From: Pseudomonadota bacterium
GTDB taxonomy: Bacteria > Pseudomonadota > Alphaproteobacteria > Paracaedibacterales > CAIOTO01
Length of the DNA: 61,379 nt
NCBI GenBank assembly: GCA_040389165.1
Contig: JAZKAK010000025.1
Location: forward strand, 1 to 61,379
Reading direction: 5' to 3'
Shown here: piece by piece, positions 20,517 through 30,555 of the stretch
How positions within the stretch are numbered: the stretch's first letter is position 1
Layout: each line of letters begins with the position of its first letter
Made by a program: the position numbers and the translations under genes
Notes under the pieces: generated by a model
What the model was told of the DNA's origin: nothing
Databases searched by the model: none
The model's input: only the letters and a program-made list of their open reading frames with translations

Positions 20517-21362
20517 ATGTACAAAATCATAGCAGGTTTATTATTGATGCTAAACCAAAGTTCAGCTGCTTACTTAGAAAGTGATCATAAAATTAAAAGT
20601 CTAGAACATTTGCGTTATTTAGATGATTTACTGGCCTCTGGAAGTGAGCAATTTTCTGACGGACAATTTGCTTTATTGCTCAATGAAATCGTTCAACGAC
20701 ACAATGTTCATCCATCAAAAATCGTGATTATCGATTTACGTGAAGAAACACATTTTTTTGCTGATGGCATTCCATTTACGGCAACTGATAGGCATGAAGA
20801 TCCCTCTAAAGATTATACCTTTCCTAATGAATCAAAAATCCAAAAGAATTTAATTGCAGAGAAAATAATAAAATTAGAGCCACGTAAATTAGATGTAGAG
20901 AAGCATGAACGTTGGAAAAAGTTAAAGGGAAGTCTGAAAAACACTATGCATAAAAAGCATAGAAACGCGCCAAACAAACCAGTTCAATTGAATGATCCCA
21001 TTATTAAAACGGAAGCTGAGATTTGTAAAAATTATGGTGTTCAATACTGGCGCATGCCAATAACGGATCATTATCCACCAGAGCAAGCGGCTATCCAAGA
21101 ATTTATTAAATTTGTTTCAACATTACCACAAGATACGTGGATCCATATCCACTGTCGTAACGGCAATGGAAGAACAACAACATTTCTTGCGATACTGGAA
21201 ATGATGCGTTTTAAGAATCATAGTCTTTATGATGTTTTAACAAGACAAAAACAAATAGGTGGAAAAGATCTGCTTAAGATGTCCGAGGAAATTGAAAATC
21301 AACAAGTAGTTCGCAATAGATTGAATGTAGTCAAATCAACTTATGACAATATACATTCTTAG
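20517..21362 (+). CDS. Secreted protein-tyrosine-phosphatase-like (cysteine) phytase / inositol polyphosphatase
   Basis: Signal peptide; ASGSEQFS, IIDLREETH, PITDH general-acid loop, HIHCRNGNGRTT CX5R P-loop, RQKQIGG. Confidence 0.85.
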   Translation: MYKIIAGLLLMLNQSSAAYLESDHKIKSLEHLRYLDDLLASGSEQFSDGQFALLLNEIVQRHNVHPSKIVIIDLREETHFFADGIPFTATDRHEDPSKDYTFPNESKIQKNLIAEKIIKLEPRKLDVEKHERWKKLKGSLKNTMHKKHRNAPNKPVQLNDPIIKTEAEICKNYGVQYWRMPITDHYPPEQAAIQEFIKFVSTLPQDTWIHIHCRNGNGRTTTFLAILEMMRFKNHSLYDVLTRQKQIGGKDLLKMSEEIENQQVVRNRLNVVKSTYDNIHS

Positions 21363-21416
21363 TATAATCGATATAGTGAATGTAATTCTGCTTGCATATT
21401 AAAAATACAAAAATTA

Positions 21417-21454
21417 ATTATTCAGAATATGTATATATATGTATTCTGAATAAT
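21417..21454. terminator. Hairpin between convergent genes (bidirectional terminator candidate)
   Basis: ATTATTCAGAATA / TATTCTGAATAAT 13-bp perfect arms, extendable by G-U pairs, followed by a T-run. Confidence 0.55.
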
Positions 21455-21531
21455 ATTTTTTATCACACTAATATAATTCATTATGCAATAAGTGATATAC
21501 AAACGTTCTTTTTAAAAACATAAAAAAACAT

Positions 21532-23292
21532 TTATATATCGCTTACCCCGCTCGTTTGACTGAATGACCATTTAAATGTATAAGATCTATTTGCCTCACA
21601 TTGTTTCATCAACAATAACGTACGATTTTCTTCATTTGATAACGTTGTCAGGACTTCATCACTGCCAATACTTCGAAAAAACCATTGTTCAGGTTCTGCG
21701 TTTTTACTTCTCTTTGACTTATTTTGAGCTGTCACGTGGAGCCGCTCATACACGTTATCGTGTTTATTCCCCTGACGATTTTTTTTATCAGGTTGCAGAG
21801 TAAGATAAATTTTTTCACCTTCGCCTTGCATCGTAAAGTCAGGATTTACTTCAAATCGAATTCCTATTGTTGCATCATGAGAAAGACGAAACGTATCCTG
21901 CCCGCGTAACTCTGCGCCTTTTGGCGATACATATATATGGCGTTGCCATTGAAAAGAAATATGTTTGTCTACATATTCCGCATCAAAAACAATATAATTA
22001 TGACCTTCTTTATTGTGCCTTTTTATTACCAAGTGTAATTTTTCTGGATTTAAATTGGTTATCCAATCCTCTTGTGAATTTTGTTGATGACTGCTATCAG
22101 AGGCACGTTTAATAACGACATCTCCTTTACGGATAAAACGATAACGACCAAAACTCCATTCAATATTCAACATTTCAAGACTTGGCTCAAAAGATACATC
22201 ATCCGAGTTAAAGAAACTGGTATTACAGTTAGAACCAGGATATGTGTTAATCAGTACAACTGAATTACGGCTCGTACAACGTTCGTAGCCACTTTCTGGT
22301 GCACGTTGTGGGGGCCGCGTCGTTTCAGCATCCGTTAACGTTAGCACGCTATCAACTGCTTCTGCCGTTACGCCGAAGCAGAGCCCTCTTACAAAAAGAG
22401 ATATTTTCCCATCAAAAGTGGCTAATTCTCCATCTCCATGACGCAACAATCTTAATAAGGGCGTCATCTTCTGAATATATTGCTGTAAGCTCTTCTCCGC
22501 AACCTCTAATTTATTATCTATATCTATGTGTGTATACGATCGAAGACTTGTTCTTACATCAATTAAATCGCGTAAAAAACGCCAATGCAAAAGAGGACTT
22601 CTGCTAATATGTCCACCATCTGGTAAAAGCTGATTTTGAATCAGCCTTATAAATGCCTCTACCAGATAAGATAAACGCTCATTTTTTGAATCATTTCCAC
22701 GAAGTGCTTCTCCTAGAATTACACCTTTAAGTGCCCAGAATTTATGAAGGTCATCTTTTTCCTCGGACCAATGACGTCTGAGATAGCGTAGTTGTTTATC
22801 AAAACTTGTTACAAGCAGACGTTTGAAATCATCATCAGCAGTACTCGCATAAAAATCATATAAACTTAACCATACGGAAAGTCTGAGCCCAATCAAACCA
22901 GGCTTCCATGCAAAAGAATTCCAACTTTTATGAGCCCATGAATGATGTGATCTAATCCATTGCTCAATTAATTGTCGCGCACGCTTGCGTCCCGCATTAC
23001 CACTAATTGCACTAAGATCATAGAGAAACATAAAGCTTTGCATATAGGCTGCGACGGGGTCATAACTACTCTGCGGTTTTTCAATTGCAGTTAATAAATC
23101 AGAAGATGTGAAACGTCTATTATCTAAACGTAAATCTCCTAATAAAATAGCCTCACCATAGTGCAGATTGCCTTGCCAAGGGTCGCTAGATAGCACACCA
23201 ATACGCAGTTTTTTTCTTCCGAGCAAACTAATGCCATAGGTACGGCTTCGCCTAAGGTTCTTCCAAAATGCACCTTTTAGCGAATTAATCAT
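21532..23292 (-). CDS. Heparinase II/III-like family protein (conserved alphaproteobacterial type)
   Basis: QLLPDGGHISRSP, LRLLRHGDGELATFDG, SGYER motifs; usual position next to rpe. Confidence 0.8.
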   Translation of the reverse strand: MINSLKGAFWKNLRRSRTYGISLLGRKKLRIGVLSSDPWQGNLHYGEAILLGDLRLDNRRFTSSDLLTAIEKPQSSYDPVAAYMQSFMFLYDLSAISGNAGRKRARQLIEQWIRSHHSWAHKSWNSFAWKPGLIGLRLSVWLSLYDFYASTADDDFKRLLVTSFDKQLRYLRRHWSEEKDDLHKFWALKGVILGEALRGNDSKNERLSYLVEAFIRLIQNQLLPDGGHISRSPLLHWRFLRDLIDVRTSLRSYTHIDIDNKLEVAEKSLQQYIQKMTPLLRLLRHGDGELATFDGKISLFVRGLCFGVTAEAVDSVLTLTDAETTRPPQRAPESGYERCTSRNSVVLINTYPGSNCNTSFFNSDDVSFEPSLEMLNIEWSFGRYRFIRKGDVVIKRASDSSHQQNSQEDWITNLNPEKLHLVIKRHNKEGHNYIVFDAEYVDKHISFQWQRHIYVSPKGAELRGQDTFRLSHDATIGIRFEVNPDFTMQGEGEKIYLTLQPDKKNRQGNKHDNVYERLHVTAQNKSKRSKNAEPEQWFFRSIGSDEVLTTLSNEENRTLLLMKQCEANRSYTFKWSFSQTSGVSDI

Positions 23293-23297
23293 AAATC

Positions 23298-23984
23298 TTA
23301 TTTTCCACGGAGAGCATTAATTGCGAGCCTGTAAGCCCCTATTCTCTCTGATTTTAGCGCCGTTCTCTCTTTTTGTCCAAAGATAGAAGAGCCAGCAACC
23401 AAAACATGTGCATTTTTTTCTCTTAAACCGATGGCATTAGTTGAATTTATCCCTCCATCAATCTCAATAATGAGATTAGGTTTTAATGCTAAGAGCGGTT
23501 CTATTTTCTGCTGAACTTCTGGAATAAATGATTGCCCACCAAATCCTGGATTCACTGACATCAACAAAACAAAATCAAGTACAGATAATAAAGGCTCAGC
23601 AATGCGCCAATGTGATCCAGGATTAAGCACAATACCTGCACGAATGTTTTTTGATTGAATGTATTGAAGCAAACGATATGGATGTTGTTCAGTCTCCGGA
23701 TGAAAACTAATCCAATTTGCGCCAGCATCTATAAACCAAGGAACACTACATGAAGGAGAAGACACCATTAAATGAACATCAAGCGGCAAACTTGTTATCG
23801 CTTTTAGTGCCCTGACAGTATGCGGGCCAAACGTTAAATTTGGCACAAAATGACCATCCATAACATCAATATGTAATAAATCAGCACCGGCTTTTTCTAC
23901 AGCGTTAACCTCCTCTTCAAGATTCAGAGGATCGGCAGCAAGTAACGATGGAGCGATGATAGGATGTGCTGTACTTTTTTTCAT
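23298..23984 (-). CDS. rpe: Ribulose-phosphate 3-epimerase
   Basis: IAPSLL, HIDVMDGHFVPNLTFG, DVHLMV, MSVNPGFGGQSF, IDGGIN. Confidence 0.97.
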   Translation of the reverse strand: MKKSTAHPIIAPSLLAADPLNLEEEVNAVEKAGADLLHIDVMDGHFVPNLTFGPHTVRALKAITSLPLDVHLMVSSPSCSVPWFIDAGANWISFHPETEQHPYRLLQYIQSKNIRAGIVLNPGSHWRIAEPLLSVLDFVLLMSVNPGFGGQSFIPEVQQKIEPLLALKPNLIIEIDGGINSTNAIGLREKNAHVLVAGSSIFGQKERTALKSERIGAYRLAINALRGK

Positions 23985-24221
23985 ATAACTCAGTGGATAA
24001 GTGAAATAACTAGATATGTCTGATTATCATCTTTTTTTACGAAAAAGGCTATTATGATTGTACTGAAAACCATAATTTAACCCAACAAAAGGCCTAACGT
24101 GGTTTACGCAAGATGGTGTATTTCAAACATGTCAATAATGTTATTTAATTCCGCTCATTAGCGCTTGATTCCGATTAGGCATAATCACTATGATACTAAA
24201 AATAGTTGAATGTAGGTGTTT

Positions 24222-24743
24222 ATGTCCTTACTGAATCGTAACTTACCAACAGGCCGTCTAATTCATTCACGTCCATCGCCAAACTTTAATGAGCGCCCCA
24301 ACGACGGAATCATTAATTGCATTGTCATTCATTACACAGATTTCATGACGATGAAAGAATCGCTCGACTGCTTGACTGATCCTAATTCAAACGTAAGTTC
24401 ACATTATTTAATTAATGATGATGGGATGATTTATCAACTCGTTGCTGATGACAAACGTGCTTGGCATGCTGGCATCAGTTGCTGGTGTGGGCATGAAAAT
24501 ATAAACAATAATTCCATTGGTATTGAACTACAAAATGGTGGCATGACCTATAAAAAACAGTTCGGCGAATGGCCACCCTACCCTGATGTACAAATGCACG
24601 CATTGGCTGATCTTGTGCATGACTTGCAAATACGGTTTTCCATCCCAGCAAATCAAATTATTGGTCATAGTGACATTGCTCCAACTCGGAAGATTGACCC
24701 AGGCCCTCATTTTAATTGGGATGATTTAAGGGAGCGCTTGTGA
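24222..24743 (+). CDS. N-acetylmuramoyl-L-alanine amidase (Amidase_2, AmpD/AmiD-like)
   Basis: SPNFNER, VIHYT, VSSHY, RAWHAG, SIGIEL, GHSDIAPTRKIDPG. Confidence 0.93.
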   Translation: MSLLNRNLPTGRLIHSRPSPNFNERPNDGIINCIVIHYTDFMTMKESLDCLTDPNSNVSSHYLINDDGMIYQLVADDKRAWHAGISCWCGHENINNNSIGIELQNGGMTYKKQFGEWPPYPDVQMHALADLVHDLQIRFSIPANQIIGHSDIAPTRKIDPGPHFNWDDLRERL

Positions 24744-24746
24744 TTC

Positions 24747-24771
24747 AAAAATAGTTAAATTAACTATTTTT
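24747..24771. terminator. Perfect palindrome between convergent amidase and metG
   Basis: AAAAATAGTTAA-A-TTAACTATTTTT, with A/T tails on both sides. Confidence 0.45.
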
Positions 24772-24811
24772 CATCTAATCCATGCGCATATATGTTAGCT
24801 GGACATTCAAC

Positions 24812-26305
24812 CTATATCCGTGGGAACACACCTGTTGGTTCGGGCAATTTGGTGTTTGGCAGCAATTGTTTATTCAAAGAGGAAAACAAACGATCTGGTT
24901 CAGGTACAGAAAGTTGGTTCAAGATTTTAGCACTTGCCAATGGTACAAGTGGCTGCGTCAAGATTGCGATTTGTCTAATAAAATCAGCAAGAACATATAA
25001 AACCGTGCTCATTCGCTCTGGATCTGTTTTCTTAAGACCCCATGGCTTATGCTCATCAACATACTGATTAGCCTTCGCAATAAGCGCCCACACACCCTCG
25101 GCATAACGATTAATCTGCATTTCATCAATAGTCGGCAGGAATTGCTTAGGTAAATTAAGAAACATTAAATCTTCGGCCGTCAGCTCGCCTGGCGTTGGCA
25201 CAATTGCATCAGCATTTTTATAAATAAAAGACAGAACACGTTGTACTAAATTCCCGTAAGCATTGGCTAAATCACTGTTAATACGGCTAATAAGCGCTTG
25301 CCTAGAAAAGTCACCGTCTTGCCCAAAGGAAATCTCACGCATAAGAAAATAACGAACAGCATCGCTACCAAACGTATCTATTAATTCAATGGGATCAATT
25401 GTATTGCCAAGCGATTTTGAAATTTTAACGCCTTCGTTCGTCCACCAACCGTGTGCAAAAACCTGACGTGGCAATGGCAAGTCGGCAGCCATTAAAAAAG
25501 CAGGCCAATACACTGCGTGAAATCGCAGAATATCTTTCCCAACGACATGAACAGCTTCTGGCCAAAATGTTTTAAAATCAGGGGTTTGCTCATCCGGGTA
25601 ACCGAGCGCCGTCATATAGTTCGTCAACGCATCTAACCAAACATACATGATATGCTTGTCATCACCTGGAACAGGAACTCCCCATTTAAAACTCGTGCGA
25701 GATACTGATAAATCGTGCAATCCACCTTCAACAAAACGAATAACTTCATTGCGTCTCGATTCAGGTGCAATAAAATCTGGATGTGCTTTGTAGTACGCCA
25801 ACAATTGGTCTTGATATGCCGAAAGTTTAAAGAAATAACTGGGCTCGATCAGCCATTCTACATCGGCGCCTGTTGGTGCATTTCCATTAACCAGTTCAGA
25901 TTCAGCATAGAACGCTTCATCGCGAACGGCGTACCATCCAGCATACTCACCCAAATAAATAGAGCCATTATCAATCAAACGCGTCCAGAGTGCTTGGGCA
26001 GCCTTAATATGACGCGGCTCTGTTGTGCGTATGAAGTCATTATTTGTAACGTCTATTTTCTCTATTAAATGACGAAATGTTTGTGACACATCATCAACAA
26101 AATTCTGAGGACTCACACCAGCAACCGCAGCAGCTTTTTCAACTTTCTGACCATGCTCATCTGTGCCTGTTAAAAACTTAACATCTTTACCTTGAAGACG
26201 CCAAAAACGAGCCAAAGTATCACATGCAAGTGTTGTATATGCATGCCCTATATGAGGCTTATCATTCACATAATAGATTGGTGTTGTGATATAAGCTGCT
26301 GTCAT
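24812..26305 (-). CDS. metG: Methionine--tRNA ligase
   Basis: YITTPIYYVN, HIGH, TGTDEHGQK, YVWLDAL, KISKS. Confidence 0.97.
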   Translation of the reverse strand: MTAAYITTPIYYVNDKPHIGHAYTTLACDTLARFWRLQGKDVKFLTGTDEHGQKVEKAAAVAGVSPQNFVDDVSQTFRHLIEKIDVTNNDFIRTTEPRHIKAAQALWTRLIDNGSIYLGEYAGWYAVRDEAFYAESELVNGNAPTGADVEWLIEPSYFFKLSAYQDQLLAYYKAHPDFIAPESRRNEVIRFVEGGLHDLSVSRTSFKWGVPVPGDDKHIMYVWLDALTNYMTALGYPDEQTPDFKTFWPEAVHVVGKDILRFHAVYWPAFLMAADLPLPRQVFAHGWWTNEGVKISKSLGNTIDPIELIDTFGSDAVRYFLMREISFGQDGDFSRQALISRINSDLANAYGNLVQRVLSFIYKNADAIVPTPGELTAEDLMFLNLPKQFLPTIDEMQINRYAEGVWALIAKANQYVDEHKPWGLKKTDPERMSTVLYVLADFIRQIAILTQPLVPLASAKILNQLSVPEPDRLFSSLNKQLLPNTKLPEPTGVFPRI

Positions 26306-26325
26306 AAGTACATCCTTTAATTTAA

Positions 26326-27327
26326 TTATGCTGCAGAAGCAACTGAATCAATACTGGGCACAGTAGAAATATTAGCCGCTCCAATAGAGGATGCAGTTTT
26401 CCCGAAATCAGTCATGACGATATTAACAGTAAATTCAGGATCTGAGTGAGTAATCTTCATCGATACTGGAATTCCCAGGCTATTCACAGTTTGCGTGTAT
26501 GTATAATCAGGTTCTGAATCATCCCTGCTTCCCAATGCAAAGACATTCATTTTGATTTGCCATGCTTTTGCATTCTTCAAACGATTAGCAAGTTCTGTTG
26601 CAGCAGCATCTTCTGTTTTAGCGTCTGTGTTTATATTCATTTTATAATTGTTCTTTGGCGTAATATAGGCATCGACTTCAACTACTTCCTGTGCATCACT
26701 TGAACCATCAAATACTTTTCTCTGACCAACAGTCATATTCCCCTTAAGTGCCTCTGTAACAAGCATATATAAATGCCTTAAGGGGAACAGCGTACTCTTC
26801 GGCAGAACGACAAGCTTACTTTCTTCTGACGTTATTTCGTTTGATTTCAATTGAACATACCCTTGCTGCCCTTCAGGTAATTTTCCTTCACCTTTATAAA
26901 TCATTTCATCTTGCTTGCCATTCACAATGGAACGAACATAAAACTCATAACTCTGGCCATTTTTTGATTCATAACTTGCTATGATTAAATCATATTTATC
27001 TGCGACAGCTTTACCCTTATAGTAAATGTATAAGGTAGATTTTTGTTGTGTTGTCCACACATCCCCTTTTTCCTCGACAGTCATCTCGAGTGTTCCATTT
27101 ACACCATTAACTTCATCAATTCCTTCATCGAAATAAGATGATTTATCAAGCGAAATTTTATATTTAGCACTAAATGAAACCGGTTGAAAAGACAGAGAGT
27201 CTTCTTTAGACTGCTCTTTTTTTTGATTTTCTTCTTGCTGAGCACTTATCGCCGCTTCAGCATGAAGAAAATCAATGTTAATGCAAACCAGAAAAAGGAT
27301 TTGGCTTAGAAAGAAGTAAAGTTTCAT
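26326..27327 (-). CDS. EipB (DUF1849) family periplasmic envelope integrity protein
   Basis: Signal peptide; AKYKISL, SYESKNG.SYEF, LP.STLFP..H, VFDGS pattern. Confidence 0.7.
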   Translation of the reverse strand: MKLYFFLSQILFLVCINIDFLHAEAAISAQQEENQKKEQSKEDSLSFQPVSFSAKYKISLDKSSYFDEGIDEVNGVNGTLEMTVEEKGDVWTTQQKSTLYIYYKGKAVADKYDLIIASYESKNGQSYEFYVRSIVNGKQDEMIYKGEGKLPEGQQGYVQLKSNEITSEESKLVVLPKSTLFPLRHLYMLVTEALKGNMTVGQRKVFDGSSDAQEVVEVDAYITPKNNYKMNINTDAKTEDAAATELANRLKNAKAWQIKMNVFALGSRDDSEPDYTYTQTVNSLGIPVSMKITHSDPEFTVNIVMTDFGKTASSIGAANISTVPSIDSVASAA

Positions 27328-27457
27328 ATGAAATATTTTTATCCAGTAGATTTATGTGTAACGTATCAGCTTTAAAGACTTATACAATTCTAATTAAGAT
27401 CAAGCAGCTGCATAAAAACGGACTGTGTCAAAAATATAACATCAACAAATAATTTGA

Positions 27458-28780
27458 TTACTGCAATAAGGGCGACCAAGCACCGTCTTCTGCCTCTTTT
27501 GGCGTATTAATGAGACGCAAATTATAACCGGTCATATCGACCATATAAAGTGAACTTTTATCTTTTACAGAATTCTGTTTTGCAAATAGTAAATATCGTC
27601 CATTGGCTGACCAGCATGGAGCTTCGACCAGCCATCCATCAGCAATCATTCGCTCACCAGTTCCATCGGGTGCCATAACGCCAATGTATAACTTATTTTC
27701 ACCAAATATTTGTTTGGTGAAAGCAATCAAATCACCACGTGGTGACCAAACTGGCTGGGAATATTTACCTTCACCAAAACTAATACGACGCACATCTTTG
27801 CCCATCGTATCCATTATATACATTTTCTCTCTACCACTACGATCAGATGTAAAAACAATTTGTGTGCCATCCGGTGAATAACAAGGTGACGTATCGATAC
27901 TCACATGATCTGTAAGGCGCGTCATTTTCTTTGAACTAACATTCATTGAATAAATAGCTGTTGTTCCACCTTTAGACAAACTCATCACTATAGAACTTGC
28001 GTCTGGAGAAAAGCGTGGAGCAAAACTCATGCCTTCAAATTTACCAAGCTTACGCTGGCTTTTATTATTTAGATTCAAGATATACACTTCGGCCAAACGA
28101 TCGTGTATTTTAAGGTAAGCTATTTCTTGTCCTGAAGGAGAATATCGCGGTGTAAGAGCAAGGCTCTTTGAATCCGTAATGGATGTGACACCATAACCAT
28201 CATAATCCATACGCATGAGACGTTTTGTGCTTTTTCTACCTTTGCTTACTGGCTCCGAATAAACAATTTGCGTATTGAAAAATCCAGCCTCGTTTGTAAT
28301 TCTTGAATAAATCAAATCAGCTGCAGCGTGCGCAAGACGTCTCATTTTTTTACGTTCACCACTCACTGATTTTGCTAAGATCTGTTTTTTATCAAGAACA
28401 TCGAACAAACGAAATTCAACTGTCATGGTTGCACTAGAGTCAAATACAATACGTCCCGTTACAATAAAACGGGCAGTTGTTGTTTGCCATTTTGCAAAAT
28501 CAAGACCTTTAGCTTGTACATCTGCTGCTGGTTGAACAAGATTTTCTTTCGCTATAGGTGCGAATAATCCACAGTTATACAAATCATTCGTAATAATAGC
28601 TGAAACGTCGATACCTGTTGATAGTGTACTCGTATCATCGGCGTTTACAAAATCAATGATAGCAACAGGATCAGGCTGAACCTGACCACGTGTTATTTCG
28701 ATAATCGCAGGAGCTTTCCCTGCATAAGCAAAAAAAACACCTGTCAATTGCACTAATATAATTAAAATAATTTGTTTCAT
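27458..28780 (-). CDS. tolB: Tol-Pal beta-propeller protein TolB
   Basis: IEITRG N-domain, AHAAAD.IY..IT, repeated PxxSPDG (PD40) blades. Confidence 0.93.
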   Translation of the reverse strand: MKQIILIILVQLTGVFFAYAGKAPAIIEITRGQVQPDPVAIIDFVNADDTSTLSTGIDVSAIITNDLYNCGLFAPIAKENLVQPAADVQAKGLDFAKWQTTTARFIVTGRIVFDSSATMTVEFRLFDVLDKKQILAKSVSGERKKMRRLAHAAADLIYSRITNEAGFFNTQIVYSEPVSKGRKSTKRLMRMDYDGYGVTSITDSKSLALTPRYSPSGQEIAYLKIHDRLAEVYILNLNNKSQRKLGKFEGMSFAPRFSPDASSIVMSLSKGGTTAIYSMNVSSKKMTRLTDHVSIDTSPCYSPDGTQIVFTSDRSGREKMYIMDTMGKDVRRISFGEGKYSQPVWSPRGDLIAFTKQIFGENKLYIGVMAPDGTGERMIADGWLVEAPCWSANGRYLLFAKQNSVKDKSSLYMVDMTGYNLRLINTPKEAEDGAWSPLLQ

Positions 28781-28881
28781 ACGTTTTTCAATTTAAATGA
28801 ATATATCAGAGGATAGTGTACGCACTAACCTGCTAAAAGTCAGCAGAATTAGTCACATATAGCCATTCATTTATAAATTGA

Positions 28882-30318
28882 TTATCGATTGAAATAATGA
28901 GCAAATTCCTGAGGATGAGGTCTGAGACGAATATCATCAATCTCGATTTTCTTCTGTTCAATATAGGTATCAATGAAATCTTTATCAAAAACATCGCCTT
29001 TTAATAAGTACGCATGATCTGTATTCAATGCGTCCAAAGCCTCTTCCAATGAACCACACACTGTTGGCAATGTGGACGCTATATCCTTGTGTTCAAACAA
29101 ATCTACAACTTGTGCTTCACCAGGATGAATTTTATTTTCAATACCATCAAGTGCTGCCATCAATAATGCAGAAAAACACAAATAACCATTTGCCGTTGGA
29201 TCTGGAAAACGTACCTCGAATCGCTTTGCATTTGGTGACATCACGTGGGGGATGCGGCACGCAGCGGACCTGTTGCTTGCTGAATAAGCACAAATAACCG
29301 GTGCTTCATAACCAGGGACAAGCCTCTTGTAGCTATTTGTTGTTGGATTGCAAAAGGCATTTAAACTCTTTGCATGCTTCAGTACCCCGCCAATAGCATA
29401 AAGAGCAAACTCGGACAATCCAGCGTAAGCATCACCTTTGAAAAGTGCTGTCTTATCATTCCATAAAGACATATGCACATGCATACCTGAGCCGTTATCA
29501 CCAAAAATGGGCTTAGGCATAAATGTAGCTGTTTTACCATAGGTACGTGCACTATTGCGAACACCATATTTAAAGATCTGAAGATTATCAGCGCAATCAA
29601 TTAATGTTGAATAGGCAAAACCGATTTCATGTTGCGCTGGCGCCACTTCGTGATGATGACGCTCTATGTTAAGTCCCATCAATGAAAGCACTTGCGTAAC
29701 ATCAGATCTGAAATCAGCCAACGCATCTACGGGCTGTACCGGGAAGTATCCACCCTTCACTGCCGGACGCGAACCATGATTGGTAGCATCAACAATTGCA
29801 TTACGCTGTGGAAATTCATCAGAATCTAATTGATAAAATGAACGTGTCATTTCAGACGTATAGGCAACGGAATCAAAGATAAAGAACTCAGCTTCTGGAC
29901 CAAAATAAGCTGTATTAGCAACAGCATGCTTGCTTAGAAACAGTTCAGCTTTCCGCGCAATATTCCGAGGATCACGATTATAAAAACCACCATCTTTTAC
30001 ATTCCGTGTGTCTGCAAAAAGAAAGGCCGTTGCTATGCTGGCAAATGGGTCAACGCGAACTGGATTTTCTTTTGCCACATCTGGCACCACAAGGAGATCA
30101 GAATCATTAATAGGTGACCACCCTTTGATCGACGATCCATCAACACAAAAACCTTCTTTAAGGAAATTTTCATCTATTTGAGATATTGGAAATGACATAT
30201 GATGCCAAATACCATTCATATCTGTGAAACGAATATCTACAATTTGAATTTCATTTTCTTGTAAAAATAATAAAACTGATTGGATAGATGTTGCTGATTG
30301 CGCCTTTACAAGAGACAT
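28882..30318 (-). CDS. glnA: Glutamine synthetase type I
   Basis: DGSSIKGW, FGPEAEFF, HHHEVA, TFMPKP..GDNGSGMHVH, NSYKRLVPGYEAP, EVRFPDP. Confidence 0.96.
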   Translation of the reverse strand: MSLVKAQSATSIQSVLLFLQENEIQIVDIRFTDMNGIWHHMSFPISQIDENFLKEGFCVDGSSIKGWSPINDSDLLVVPDVAKENPVRVDPFASIATAFLFADTRNVKDGGFYNRDPRNIARKAELFLSKHAVANTAYFGPEAEFFIFDSVAYTSEMTRSFYQLDSDEFPQRNAIVDATNHGSRPAVKGGYFPVQPVDALADFRSDVTQVLSLMGLNIERHHHEVAPAQHEIGFAYSTLIDCADNLQIFKYGVRNSARTYGKTATFMPKPIFGDNGSGMHVHMSLWNDKTALFKGDAYAGLSEFALYAIGGVLKHAKSLNAFCNPTTNSYKRLVPGYEAPVICAYSASNRSAACRIPHVMSPNAKRFEVRFPDPTANGYLCFSALLMAALDGIENKIHPGEAQVVDLFEHKDIASTLPTVCGSLEEALDALNTDHAYLLKGDVFDKDFIDTYIEQKKIEIDDIRLRPHPQEFAHYFNR

Positions 30319-30362
30319 ATGGTGAATTCCTTGGGGGATAAAGTAATGCTAAAACTTAAATT

Positions 30363-30391
30363 ACTCTACGAGAAATTAAGATTCGAGGCAA
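30363..30391 (-). promoter_or_regulatory. Sigma70-type promoter candidate for glnA
   Basis: Minus strand TTGCCT-17 bp-TAGAGT about 45 bp upstream of the start. Confidence 0.4.
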
Positions 30392-30510
30392 GCCCCAGTA
30401 GGTGAAGAAAATGAAAAATAATGCATAAAATGCTAGATGAAAATGTTATCGAGAAAACATGTTAAAACGCATCAAAGCTAACAATTGAAGAATTCATAAT
30501 GCTTATAAGT

Positions 30511-30550
30511 ATAAAAATTCCCGTCCTAATCTCAACAGCTAGGACGGGAA
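30511..30550 (-). terminator. Rho-independent terminator of pnp
   Basis: TTCCCGTCCTA / TAGGACGGGAA 11-bp stem followed by a T-run on the minus strand, 5 bp after the pnp stop. Confidence 0.8.
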
Positions 30551-30555
30551 GTTAA

